Source: a virus
Taxonomy: Duplodnaviria; Caudoviricetes
IMG/VR virus record: IMGVR_UViG_3300033407_000010
Location: 217-64,216 of that record
Direction: 5' to 3' (one strand)
Length of the DNA stretch: 64,000 bases
Below, in pieces: positions 1 through 8,361 of this stretch (the first letter of the stretch is position 1; the number at the start of each line of letters is the position of its first letter). The notes under the pieces were generated by a model, which made no database searches, was not told where the DNA came from, and was given only the letters and a program-made list of their open reading frames with translations. A program made the position numbers and the translations under genes.

Positions 1-2
1 AC

Positions 3-125
3 CGCGATCCTGACACAGACAAAATCCTGCACGCATGGGCTGGCATTGCGGGCCAGAACGGCATCAAGCCAATGGCTTGGTACACCCTTGGCGCGGATGG
101 CGAGCCGGTTGAGGTTGTGGAATGA
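3..125 (+). CDS. C-terminal fragment of a phage protein cut by the window start
   Basis: Frame 3 reads RDPDTDKILHAWAGIAGQNGIKPMAWYTLGADGEPVEVVE*; the GIKxxxWYxLxxxG ending is typical of a common phage protein family; TGA overlaps next ATG (ATGA). Confidence 0.7.
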   Translation, partial: RDPDTDKILHAWAGIAGQNGIKPMAWYTLGADGEPVEVVE

Positions 126-886
126 ACGCTCCAGCCAAGACCCCAGCCATCGGCGACAACGTTCGCCAGCTCGTCACCGTCGCCGAGCTCGATAAGGAAT
201 TCGCGAACGTCGAGAAGTTCGTCGCCGAGCTCGAGGCAGAGGCGGCCAAGGTGCCGCCATACGTCGAGGACGACGAAGACCTCGGCATCGTAAACGAGAT
301 CGCGCCAAAGCTCGCCAAGGCGGCCAAGCGCGTCGACACACTGCGCGACGAAACCAAGCGACCGCATCTCGACGCAGGCCGCGTCATCGACGGCTGGTTC
401 AAGGCGATCGAGAAACGCTGCAAGGACCTCCAGGCGGCGTTGGAGAAGCGGGGCACGGCCTATCTCAAAAAGAAGCAGGCGGCCGCGGAAGCGCTGCGCC
501 AAGCCGAGGAGGCGAAGGCCCGCGAGGAAGCCGCCAGGCTCCAGGCCGATTCCGCCGCAGCCATGAAGGCCGGCGATGCCGACAAGTTCGTGGCAGCGCA
601 CGCCGCCGCGACGGCGGCCGAGGCGAAGGCGGAGGAAGCCGCCGCGCCGGTGAAGGCTGCGGATCTGGCGCGCACCCAAACGGCCGCCGGTACGGCAACG
701 CTGCAAGAGACGTGGTCGCACGAGATCGACGACCTCAGCAAGATCGACCTCAATATGCTGCGGCCTCATTTCACATACGACGAGATCAACAAGGCGGTGC
801 GCGGTTTCGTGCGCACCAACCAGGACAAGCGGCCGTTGGCCGGCGTGCGGATTTTCCGAGATACCAAGGCCAGGTTCACGGCCTGA
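122..886 (+). CDS. Coiled-coil phage protein of the recombination module (function unknown)
   Basis: 254 aa, Ala/Glu/Lys-rich helical; translationally coupled; directly upstream of RecT. Confidence 0.7.
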   Translation: MNAPAKTPAIGDNVRQLVTVAELDKEFANVEKFVAELEAEAAKVPPYVEDDEDLGIVNEIAPKLAKAAKRVDTLRDETKRPHLDAGRVIDGWFKAIEKRCKDLQAALEKRGTAYLKKKQAAAEALRQAEEAKAREEAARLQADSAAAMKAGDADKFVAAHAAATAAEAKAEEAAAPVKAADLARTQTAAGTATLQETWSHEIDDLSKIDLNMLRPHFTYDEINKAVRGFVRTNQDKRPLAGVRIFRDTKARFTA

Positions 887-905
887 ACCAAAAAGGATCA
901 CCACG

Positions 906-2177
906 ATGACGACAGCAGCGACGGCTACGGCCGAGAAGATGCCCAACCAGGTCACGGTGCTGCGCGAACAGCTTGACAACATGAGCGGGCAGTTCGCCGC
1001 GGCGTTGCCGGCTCACATCCCCGCCGAGCGATTCTGCCGCGTGTTGATGACCGCGATTCAACAGAATCCGGAACTGCTCGAATGCGAGCGACGGTCGCTC
1101 TGGAACGCCGCGATGAAGGCCGCGCAAGACGGCTTGCTTGCCGACGGTCGCGAAGGGGCAATGGTTGTTCGCAAGGACCGCAACCGCGGCAAGCTTGCGC
1201 ACTGGCAGCCGATGATCGCCGGCATCCGCAAGAAGGCGCGGAACTCAGGCGAGATCGCGACGTGGGACGCCCACGTCGTTTGCGAAGGCGATCACTTTCA
1301 GTTCCAACTCGGCGACGCCCCGCAGATCAACCACGCCTATGACTTGCGCACCGAACGCGGCGCGATCGTCGGCGCCTACAGCGTATGCGTGCTCAAGGAC
1401 GGCACGAAGTCCTATGAAGTCATGTCGATCGGCGAGATTCACTCAATCCGCGACCGATCGGACGCATGGCGCGCGTTTAAGGCCGGCTACATCAAGTCGA
1501 CGCCATGGTCGACCGACGAAGGTGAGATGTGCCGCAAGACGGTCGCCCGGCGACACTCCAAGGTCATCCCCACCTCGACGGACCTCGACGACCTGATCCG
1601 GCGCGATGATGCCCTGTACGACCTCGAAGGCGCTCGCGAGGAAGCGGCGAGGGACCGTCCCAAGTCGCTCGCCGGCAAGCTCGACGTTCTGGCGCAACTC
1701 CCGGCAAGGGCTGCTCCCGAAACCGCCGGCAATGGCGATGCCGCGGCAGACACCGGCGATGCCGCCGACGAACGCCACGACCCCGAAACTGGAGAACTCA
1801 CCGAGACCGATGACAAAGCTTTGCCGCAGGCCACCGACCCCCCCGAAGGCACGGCGGGCGCGGCAGGCCAGCCCGCCTCCGGTAACACCGAGGGGTGTCT
1901 CCCCATCGGGCCGGGGGCGGGCGAGGCCGGGAAGAAGACGAAGGCGAGCGAGAAGAAGCCCGCCGAGGCGAAGCCGGAAGACCTCGAGCCGGAAACCGCG
2001 GCGCAATACCAGGCGTTCGCGGAAGACTGGATCGAGAAGGCCACCGACCCCGACGCTGCGCTGGCGCGATGGAAAACCGAAAAAAAATATCGCAACTCGC
2101 TCAACGTCGAGCCGGAGGTACGTGACGCGCTCGAAGCCAAGCTGAAAGCGAAGAACACGCAACTGCGGAGCGCGTAG
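906..2177 (+). CDS. recT: RecT-family single-strand annealing recombinase with long acidic C-terminal extension
   Basis: QFAAALPAHIPAERFCRV, SLWNAAMKAAQDGL, MIAGIRKKARNSGEI, STPWSTDEGEMCRKTVARR motifs. Confidence 0.9.
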   Translation: MTTAATATAEKMPNQVTVLREQLDNMSGQFAAALPAHIPAERFCRVLMTAIQQNPELLECERRSLWNAAMKAAQDGLLADGREGAMVVRKDRNRGKLAHWQPMIAGIRKKARNSGEIATWDAHVVCEGDHFQFQLGDAPQINHAYDLRTERGAIVGAYSVCVLKDGTKSYEVMSIGEIHSIRDRSDAWRAFKAGYIKSTPWSTDEGEMCRKTVARRHSKVIPTSTDLDDLIRRDDALYDLEGAREEAARDRPKSLAGKLDVLAQLPARAAPETAGNGDAAADTGDAADERHDPETGELTETDDKALPQATDPPEGTAGAAGQPASGNTEGCLPIGPGAGEAGKKTKASEKKPAEAKPEDLEPETAAQYQAFAEDWIEKATDPDAALARWKTEKKYRNSLNVEPEVRDALEAKLKAKNTQLRSA

Positions 2178-2179
2178 GC

Positions 2180-2830
2180 GTGATCGCCGTGAAAGAAGAA
2201 CGATGGCTGCCGGTTGTCGGCTTCGAAGGGACCTACGAGGTCAGTGACCACGGGCGCGTACGTAGCCTTGATCGCGTTATCTCTTTCACCGCAAGGTGGA
2301 AGTCCGGGATCGTCCGCACAATCCAGACGAAGAAGCCCGGTATGATGTTGAAACCTGGGATAGCCTCGCACGGATATCCAACAGTGGCGCTTAGCCGGTG
2401 CGAAGGTGGACAGCGGCTGTACGGGAGCCACTGCGTACATATCCTGGTTCTCACCGCGTTCACCGGGCCTTGTCCGCCAGGGCTTGAGGCATGCCACAAC
2501 GACGGCAATCGAAAGAATCCTTACCTCAATAATCTGCGGTGGGATACGCGCGAGGCGAATGCAGCCGATGCCGCCACCCACGGCACCAGGAGCATCGGCT
2601 CACGCAGGCCGAACGCCAAATTGGGGGAGGACGACGCTCGCAAAATTTTCCAGTTACGCGGGGTCGTTCCTCAATCTGAATTGGCCGATCAATTTGGTGT
2701 CAGCCCGTCCGCTATCCAGGCCATACACGACGGCCGATCGTGGAAGCAATGCACGATGAACGTGGACGCGGACGTGAAGGCGAACGCCAGGCATCAATTG
2801 AGGCAGCGGGAGAAGGAAGCTGTGGCATGA
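2180..2830 (+). CDS. NUMOD4-HNH homing endonuclease with C-terminal HTH
   Basis: ERWLPVVGFEGTYEVSDHGRVRS (NUMOD4); ACHNDGNRKNPYLNNLRWDT (HNH); SQSELADQFGVSPSAIQAI (HTH). Confidence 0.9.
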   Translation: MIAVKEERWLPVVGFEGTYEVSDHGRVRSLDRVISFTARWKSGIVRTIQTKKPGMMLKPGIASHGYPTVALSRCEGGQRLYGSHCVHILVLTAFTGPCPPGLEACHNDGNRKNPYLNNLRWDTREANAADAATHGTRSIGSRRPNAKLGEDDARKIFQLRGVVPQSELADQFGVSPSAIQAIHDGRSWKQCTMNVDADVKANARHQLRQREKEAVA

Positions 2831-3384
2831 CCATGCACATTGATCCAGGCCAAGCCACCGTTCGGCGCGGCAAGCCGGCGCGGAAGCCAGCCAGAGCCAC
2901 CTACACCGAACTGTCGCGCGATGCGATCCGGCTTTATTTCGACCTGCGGCCGCACATGCAGCCGATCGCTGCGGTCAAGAAAGGCGTCTCCGAGGCCTTC
3001 GGTATTCCCGTTGACGACCTCAATTCCAAGTCGAAGGAGCGCGGTATCGGGCGCGCCCGCGGTATCGCCATGGCAATCGTCTCGGTGGTGACGTCTCACT
3101 CCTGTGACGAGATCGCGCGGCGGTTCAACCGGCGTGACGGAAGGCCGGCCAGGGAAGCGATTGTGCTGCACCGGGGGATGGTGACTCGACTTGTCAACGA
3201 GGTGCGAAGCGAGATCGCGCGCACCTCCGATCTGCCGCCGGGGCCTTACGACTATGTGGCGACGCTCAAGCACGTCTTGCTGCGCGACGGGGACGGGCGG
3301 CGGATTGCGACGCTTGCCGGCGACCAAGCCCAGGGTGTCGCGCTCGCCGAATTCATCATCCGGGCACGAGGGAGCGATTGCTGA
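2827..3384 (+). CDS. DnaA C-terminal-like HTH protein
   Basis: VSEAFGIPVDDLNSKSKERGIGRARGIAM...SCDEIARRFNRRD resembles the DnaA domain IV; ATGA overlap gives start 2827. Confidence 0.65.
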   Translation: MTMHIDPGQATVRRGKPARKPARATYTELSRDAIRLYFDLRPHMQPIAAVKKGVSEAFGIPVDDLNSKSKERGIGRARGIAMAIVSVVTSHSCDEIARRFNRRDGRPAREAIVLHRGMVTRLVNEVRSEIARTSDLPPGPYDYVATLKHVLLRDGDGRRIATLAGDQAQGVALAEFIIRARGSDC

Positions 3385-3650
3385 TGAACGTCCAGACCAG
3401 CCGCAGCGCGGCGAGACGGCGTGAGAAGACGCGCGCGCCAGAAGCGAAGCTGTTGCGGGTATCGCCGAACGCGGACGCGGCGCTTTCTCGGCTCGACGCC
3501 GCGGGCATCACGTACGTGCAAGAGGGCGACCACTACCGCGTGGCCGAGACGTTTTTGCTTTGGGCGTACACATCGTACTGGCGGAAAGAGGACAAGAGCC
3601 AGCACGGGTACACGGTGGCGCTGTTGATCGCGGCGGTCGGCAATGGTTGA
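3378..3650 (+). CDS. Hypothetical phage protein
   Basis: 90 aa; overlaps neighbours in a tightly coupled operon. Confidence 0.55.
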   Translation: MLMNVQTSRSAARRREKTRAPEAKLLRVSPNADAALSRLDAAGITYVQEGDHYRVAETFLLWAYTSYWRKEDKSQHGYTVALLIAAVGNG

Positions 3651-3849
3651 TCGCTCCAAACTCCCACCGTTGCCGTGGAGCTACCAGACCAACGCCCTTG
3701 TCGGCGGTCATGAGGGCAAAGGCTTCGTCTATCTGCTCGACGCGGGCGGCCGCAAGATCGGCACGGTGTGGGGATCTCCTGACGAGAAGATGGCAACCGT
3801 CGAGCTCATCATGGACGCGGCCGAGCGCGCCGACGGGGGCGCGTCATGA
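3643..3849 (+). CDS. Hypothetical phage protein
   Basis: 68 aa; coupled operon. Confidence 0.6.
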   Translation: MVDRSKLPPLPWSYQTNALVGGHEGKGFVYLLDAGGRKIGTVWGSPDEKMATVELIMDAAERADGGAS

Positions 3850-4040
3850 ACCGCCGCCGCAACGACGACCGAGGAACGCGAGCGCGCTTTGCTGCGGCAC
3901 TCGCGCGGCCGGAACTGCGGCAGCCGACGAGTCCGCGTGTCGCGCCGCAGTCGCCGACGTCCATGCCGGTGAAGGCCGATGATCCAGAACTTCGCCGGAT
4001 GATCGACGAGGCGATCGTCAGGAAGGCAGGGGTGCGATGA
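3846..4040 (+). CDS. Hypothetical phage protein
   Basis: 64 aa; ATGA overlaps at both ends. Confidence 0.55.
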   Translation: MNRRRNDDRGTRARFAAALARPELRQPTSPRVAPQSPTSMPVKADDPELRRMIDEAIVRKAGVR

Positions 4041-4321
4041 ACGGCCATCCGGCAATTGATTGGATGTTCGCGCCTCGCGCCCGCGTGCATGTCTACCGTC
4101 TGCCGGCGAAACTCACGAACGGCTATTGCTTTGATGGCGGCCATCCGATCGTGTTCCTGAACGTCGACTGGTTTGACGCGGTCATCTCCGAAGGCCGCGA
4201 CCCGCTGGTGAAATTCATCAAAGGCAAACGGTACTTCGACCAGCGCGGCCGTTTCCTTGTGCTCGCCAGTCACCCTGACCTGACGTTTACAATCGATCCT
4301 GCGGAGGCCGGCGGTGGCTGA
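4037..4321 (+). CDS. Hypothetical phage protein
   Basis: 94 aa; ATGA overlap. Confidence 0.6.
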   Translation: MNGHPAIDWMFAPRARVHVYRLPAKLTNGYCFDGGHPIVFLNVDWFDAVISEGRDPLVKFIKGKRYFDQRGRFLVLASHPDLTFTIDPAEAGGG

Positions 4322-4523
4322 CACCAATCAAAACACCGGCCCGCGCAAACTGGTGTGGCTTCGCGTCCACGGCCGCGACGTGCCGCAGGTCTGGTTCGAG
4401 CCGTACGTCGGCACGGACGGGCAGGCCCCAGTCGCATCTCACGTGATCCCGCCGCACCACTACGGGATGACGTTCGACGAGTTGGTGGCGATTTATCCGG
4501 CGCCGGTCCAGGAGGAAGCATGA
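4314..4523 (+). CDS. Hypothetical phage protein
   Basis: 69 aa; GGAGG upstream of GTG. Confidence 0.55.
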   Translation: MADTNQNTGPRKLVWLRVHGRDVPQVWFEPYVGTDGQAPVASHVIPPHHYGMTFDELVAIYPAPVQEEA

Positions 4524-4720
4524 CGCCCGAACAACAAGCCGCCTACGTCACCGCGATGGTCGCATGCGCGATGGCCGAGATCGCGGCGATGCAGGCGGCC
4601 AACCAACACTGCGTGGCTGTCGGTCTTACGCTGAAATACGACGAGGAGCATTTCCGCGCGGTGATCGACCGATACGGCATTCACCACAACGCAGTTATCG
4701 AGATGTTCGGGAGATACTGA
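4520..4720 (+). CDS. Hypothetical phage protein
   Basis: MTPEQQAAYV...; GGAGGA RBS, ATGA overlap. Confidence 0.6.
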   Translation: MTPEQQAAYVTAMVACAMAEIAAMQAANQHCVAVGLTLKYDEEHFRAVIDRYGIHHNAVIEMFGRY

Positions 4721-4723
4721 ACG

Positions 4724-4924
4724 ATGAGCCGCCGCGAGGATCTGATCGAGTTGACGCTGACGCTGCACCACGAAACGGAGCGCGCAATCCTGGTGTCGGA
4801 TGACGACGATCGCGACAAGGCCGTGTGGCTGGCGCGATCACAGATCGCGATCGAGCCGAAGGGCAACGGCATCGTCGAGGTCACGTGTCCGGAATGGCTC
4901 GCCAAGGAACGGGGGTTGATCTGA
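4724..4924 (+). CDS. Small conserved alphaproteobacterial phage protein
   Basis: HETERAILVSDD...VWLARSQI...VEVTCPEWLAKERGLI. Confidence 0.7.
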   Translation: MSRREDLIELTLTLHHETERAILVSDDDDRDKAVWLARSQIAIEPKGNGIVEVTCPEWLAKERGLI

Positions 4925-5349
4925 TGACGGAAACCTTGGCATCACAGTTGAGCGACCATCTGCAGCACGATCATCCCGCCGGTCGTGTCGGCCAAGAACC
5001 GGCGGTTTGGGAATGGGCAATCATTGAAATTTTCGGGCACCGCCGCCACGTCGGCCGCGCGCGCGAGGAGGAACGCTTCGGCGCCAAGATGCTGCGGATC
5101 GACGTGCCGATCATCCGCTCCGATATGGGTGACCGACCGAACATGGCGCCGCTGGACGGTGCGCTGTCCGAGATCGTCGACCGCTGGGAAACCCACTGGT
5201 ACGGCGGGAGCTCGATCTTCTCTTACACGCTGACCGACGAAGCAACCGTCATCAAGGCCAACACGCCACGACCGCACGAAGCGCCGCGACCGTATCTGCC
5301 GCGGCCTGCCACGTACGAGGGCCACGATGGTTACGGGGATGGTGAATGA
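4924..5349 (+). CDS. Conserved hypothetical phage protein
   Basis: WAIIEIFGHRRHVGR...MLRIDVP...YGGSSIFSYT; TGATG overlap. Confidence 0.7.
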   Translation: MTETLASQLSDHLQHDHPAGRVGQEPAVWEWAIIEIFGHRRHVGRAREEERFGAKMLRIDVPIIRSDMGDRPNMAPLDGALSEIVDRWETHWYGGSSIFSYTLTDEATVIKANTPRPHEAPRPYLPRPATYEGHDGYGDGE

Positions 5350-7106
5350 CGCATCCCATCCCCGACGCCGTGCTCGAACAGCACACCGCGATTCTCGGCA
5401 AGACCGGGAGCGGCAAGACGTCGACTGCGAAGCTGGCTATTGAGCAGGTCGTGCCGAAGGGCGCGCGGGTATGCGTTCTCGATGCCGTTAAATCCGACTG
5501 GTGGGGGCTCACGTCTTCGGCCGACGGGAATCGGCCTGGCCTGCCGTTCCACATTCTCGGCGGCCCTCATGGTCACGTGCCGTTGCACTCGTCCGCGGGC
5601 AAGGCCATCGGCGAGCTCGTCGCCACGGGTGCGCTGCCGCTCTCGATTATCGACATGGCCGATTTTGAGGCCGGAGGCCTGCAACGGTTCTTCGTCGACT
5701 TTGCGCCAGCGCTCCTGCGCAAGATGCGCGGCGTCATCTATCTCGTGATGGAGGAGGCCCACGAATTCGCGCCGAAAGAACGCGCAGGGTTCGGCGCCGA
5801 GAACATGGCAATCCATTGGGCGAAGAAGCTGGCGACCGCCGGCCGTTCGAAGGGCATCCGCCTGATCCTCGCGACGCAGCGCGTGCAGTCGCTGCACAAC
5901 GCCCTGCTGGGCAGCTGCGATACCATGATCGCCCACCGGCTGACCGCTCCTGCCGATCAGGAGCCGGTTCTTAAATGGCTCAAGGCCAACGCGGCGAAGG
6001 AGGTCACGGAGAAGGTCTCCAAGTCGCTGTCGTCGCTGCGCACCGGCACCGGCTGGATCTGCTCAGGCGAGGCGCGCGTATTCGAGCTCGTGCAGTTCCC
6101 GCGGATCAGTACCTATGACAACAGCGCCACGCCCACTGCCGACGCCGGTGAGCACAAGGTCACGACCGCTCCCGTTGACCACGACCGGCTGCGCGCGATC
6201 ATCGGAGACGCCGTAAAGGAAGCGGAGGCCGACGATCCGAAGGCGCTGCGCGCGGAAATCGCCCGGCTCAAGCGCGACTTGGCCGATGCTGGAAAGATAG
6301 TTTCAAACTATCAAACCGATCCGCGGGCGATCAACGAAGCGGAGCGCCGCGGCGAGGCGAACGGAAGGGCAATCGAGGCCCAGCTGCACAGCATATGGGT
6401 GCATCAGTTCGTCGAAGGCTTCGGCGGCTGGGTTACCGAATTCAAGCTGCAAAGCCAGCGTCTCGCTGACCGGGCAGAAGCGCTGGGCGAGCAGCTTCAC
6501 CAGCGCGAACAGGAGATCACGAACTCGCCCCCTGCGCTCCCGCCCACAAATGCCAGGCGCGCAGGTCATGCCCCAACGCGCACGGTCGACCCGGTTGTCC
6601 CGCGCGCAAAGCCGTCACCGGAGGCGAGCGGTGACGGCAGCCTTTCCGGCCCTCAGCTGCGAATGCTGCGTTCGCTGGCATGGTGGCGAGCAATGGGACA
6701 TGAACGGCCCTCGCGCGTCCAGGTCGCGAGCATCGCCGGCTGGCGCGTTACGTCCGGGCACTTGAAGAACGTCGCCGGGTCGCTGCGGACGCTCGGCCTG
6801 ATTGACTATCCGGCTGACGGCGCGATCGCCATGACCGCGGCCGGCGTCGCAGCGGCGCCCGTTCCCGACACATCGACGACGCTCGAAGACAGCGTGCGTG
6901 CAATCCTGACGGGGCCGCAACTGCTGGCTTTCGACTGCCTGCCAAAAGATAACCGGGCACTGTCACGAGAGCAGCTGGCAAAGGCCTGCGGCTGGGAACC
7001 GACCAGCGGCCACGTCAAGAACGTGCTCGGCTCGATGCGCTCGCTCGAAGTCATCGATTATCCATCGCAGGGGATGGTCGCGCGGGGGGAGTGGCTGTTG
7101 TCATGA
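5346..7106 (+). CDS. HerA/FtsK-superfamily (DUF87-like) P-loop ATPase with two C-terminal winged-helix repeats
   Basis: HTAILGKTGSGKT (Walker A), LVMEEAHEFAP (Walker B), GRSKGIRLILATQR; duplicated xGPQL...GW..TSGH.KNV.GS.R.L..IDYP. Confidence 0.85.
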   Translation: MTHPIPDAVLEQHTAILGKTGSGKTSTAKLAIEQVVPKGARVCVLDAVKSDWWGLTSSADGNRPGLPFHILGGPHGHVPLHSSAGKAIGELVATGALPLSIIDMADFEAGGLQRFFVDFAPALLRKMRGVIYLVMEEAHEFAPKERAGFGAENMAIHWAKKLATAGRSKGIRLILATQRVQSLHNALLGSCDTMIAHRLTAPADQEPVLKWLKANAAKEVTEKVSKSLSSLRTGTGWICSGEARVFELVQFPRISTYDNSATPTADAGEHKVTTAPVDHDRLRAIIGDAVKEAEADDPKALRAEIARLKRDLADAGKIVSNYQTDPRAINEAERRGEANGRAIEAQLHSIWVHQFVEGFGGWVTEFKLQSQRLADRAEALGEQLHQREQEITNSPPALPPTNARRAGHAPTRTVDPVVPRAKPSPEASGDGSLSGPQLRMLRSLAWWRAMGHERPSRVQVASIAGWRVTSGHLKNVAGSLRTLGLIDYPADGAIAMTAAGVAAAPVPDTSTTLEDSVRAILTGPQLLAFDCLPKDNRALSREQLAKACGWEPTSGHVKNVLGSMRSLEVIDYPSQGMVARGEWLLS

Positions 7107-7531
7107 CCTCTCGCAAACCGCACCGCGAGAAGCGACGGCGCGAAGACGTCAAGCGCGGGCCGCTGTCCGATCTCGAGCGCGAGGAGATCGATCGGTTGGC
7201 GGCGGCCATGGAACATCCGACTCCTGGTAAGATCGCGCTGCGTCTCAACCGGCTGAAATCCTGCGTCAACTGGTACATGCTGACCCGCGGACTGCTCGAT
7301 CGGCCGCGACTCTATCCGCGGCTCGATCCGTACGTAATCAACGGCCGCACCATCTACCCGTATCGACCCGAGCACGACCAGCGCATCGAGCACTTGCGCC
7401 GCACCAACTTGAGGCCGCGCGAGATCGCCGCGATCGTCTCGGCCGAGTTCGGCATCCCGCGCAATCAACACAGCGTCCGTGTGCGGCTCGCCGTGCTCGC
7501 CTCCTACAGCGACGATGCGGAGGCCGCGTGA
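7103..7531 (+). CDS. Putative DNA-binding protein (HTH-like repeats)
   Basis: LSDLEREEIDRL...TPGKIALRLNR and LRPREIAAIV...RNQHSVRVRL. Confidence 0.55.
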   Translation: MTSRKPHREKRRREDVKRGPLSDLEREEIDRLAAAMEHPTPGKIALRLNRLKSCVNWYMLTRGLLDRPRLYPRLDPYVINGRTIYPYRPEHDQRIEHLRRTNLRPREIAAIVSAEFGIPRNQHSVRVRLAVLASYSDDAEAA

Positions 7532-8361
7532 TGGCAGTTGCGCAGATCTCGATCAGAGACGTCCTCGATCAAAATGCCATGGTCGGCGAGCCGCGCGTGG
7601 GAGTGCTCCGGTTTTGGACTGGTGCCGAGGAAGCGGTATTGCGGTCCAGATACCCCACAGAGGGCGTTGTGGGCTGCCTTCCGCATCTACCGGGACGCTC
7701 GGCAACCTCAATCTACCAGCGCGCCGATCGGCTGGGCCTCCGTGCGCCGGCGGAGGTAAAGCGTGGCGTTCCGCGTCAGCGTTGGTCGACGAGCCCGCAA
7801 ATCGATGAAGCGATCAGACGCATTTACCAGGGCGACCCGCGCATCAATGCCGTGAAGGATCTGGCGCGAACGCTCGGCAGACCGAGGTGGTGGGTATCGA
7901 AGCGCGCTGAACGGCTTGGCTACAAAGTGCCGCGCTTCAAAGAACCGGTGTGGACGGAGGAAGAGACCGGCCTGGTCGCCGAAAACGCGCACCGTGACCC
8001 CGCCACCATCGCCCGCTTACTGAAACGCCGCGGCTACGCCCGCTCTCCGACCGCAATCGTGGTGAAGCTCAAGCGCATCGGGATTGCGCGCGGCCGGTCC
8101 GCCGACCCGCACCATTACACGGCAACCGCTCTCGCCACGGCGTTCGGCATGGATATCAAGAGCATCACCCGCTGGATCGAGAAGGGTTGGCTCAAGGCTG
8201 GCCGGCGCGGCACCGCGCGCACACCCCAGCAGGGCGGCGACGAGCATTGGATACATGAACGCGCAGTGCGGCGCTTCGTCATCGATAACGTTGCCGCCGT
8301 CGACTTCCGCAAGGTCGACAAAAGCTGGCTTGTTGAACTTCTAACCGGAGCACCATCATGA
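7528..8361 (+). CDS. Protein with Myb/SANT-like repeats and C-terminal HTH
   Basis: WTGAEEAVLRSRY, WSTSPQIDEAIRR, WTEEETGLVAEN; TATALATAFGMDIKSITRWIEKGWL. Confidence 0.6.
   Translation: MMAVAQISIRDVLDQNAMVGEPRVGVLRFWTGAEEAVLRSRYPTEGVVGCLPHLPGRSATSIYQRADRLGLRAPAEVKRGVPRQRWSTSPQIDEAIRRIYQGDPRINAVKDLARTLGRPRWWVSKRAERLGYKVPRFKEPVWTEEETGLVAENAHRDPATIARLLKRRGYARSPTAIVVKLKRIGIARGRSADPHHYTATALATAFGMDIKSITRWIEKGWLKAGRRGTARTPQQGGDEHWIHERAVRRFVIDNVAAVDFRKVDKSWLVELLTGAPS

Noticed and set aside
3-125. Window-start fragment as the C-terminus of the repeat protein at the window end
   Set aside because: This C-terminal motif usually belongs to a different repeat family, and other genes are expected in the gap; cannot be tested here
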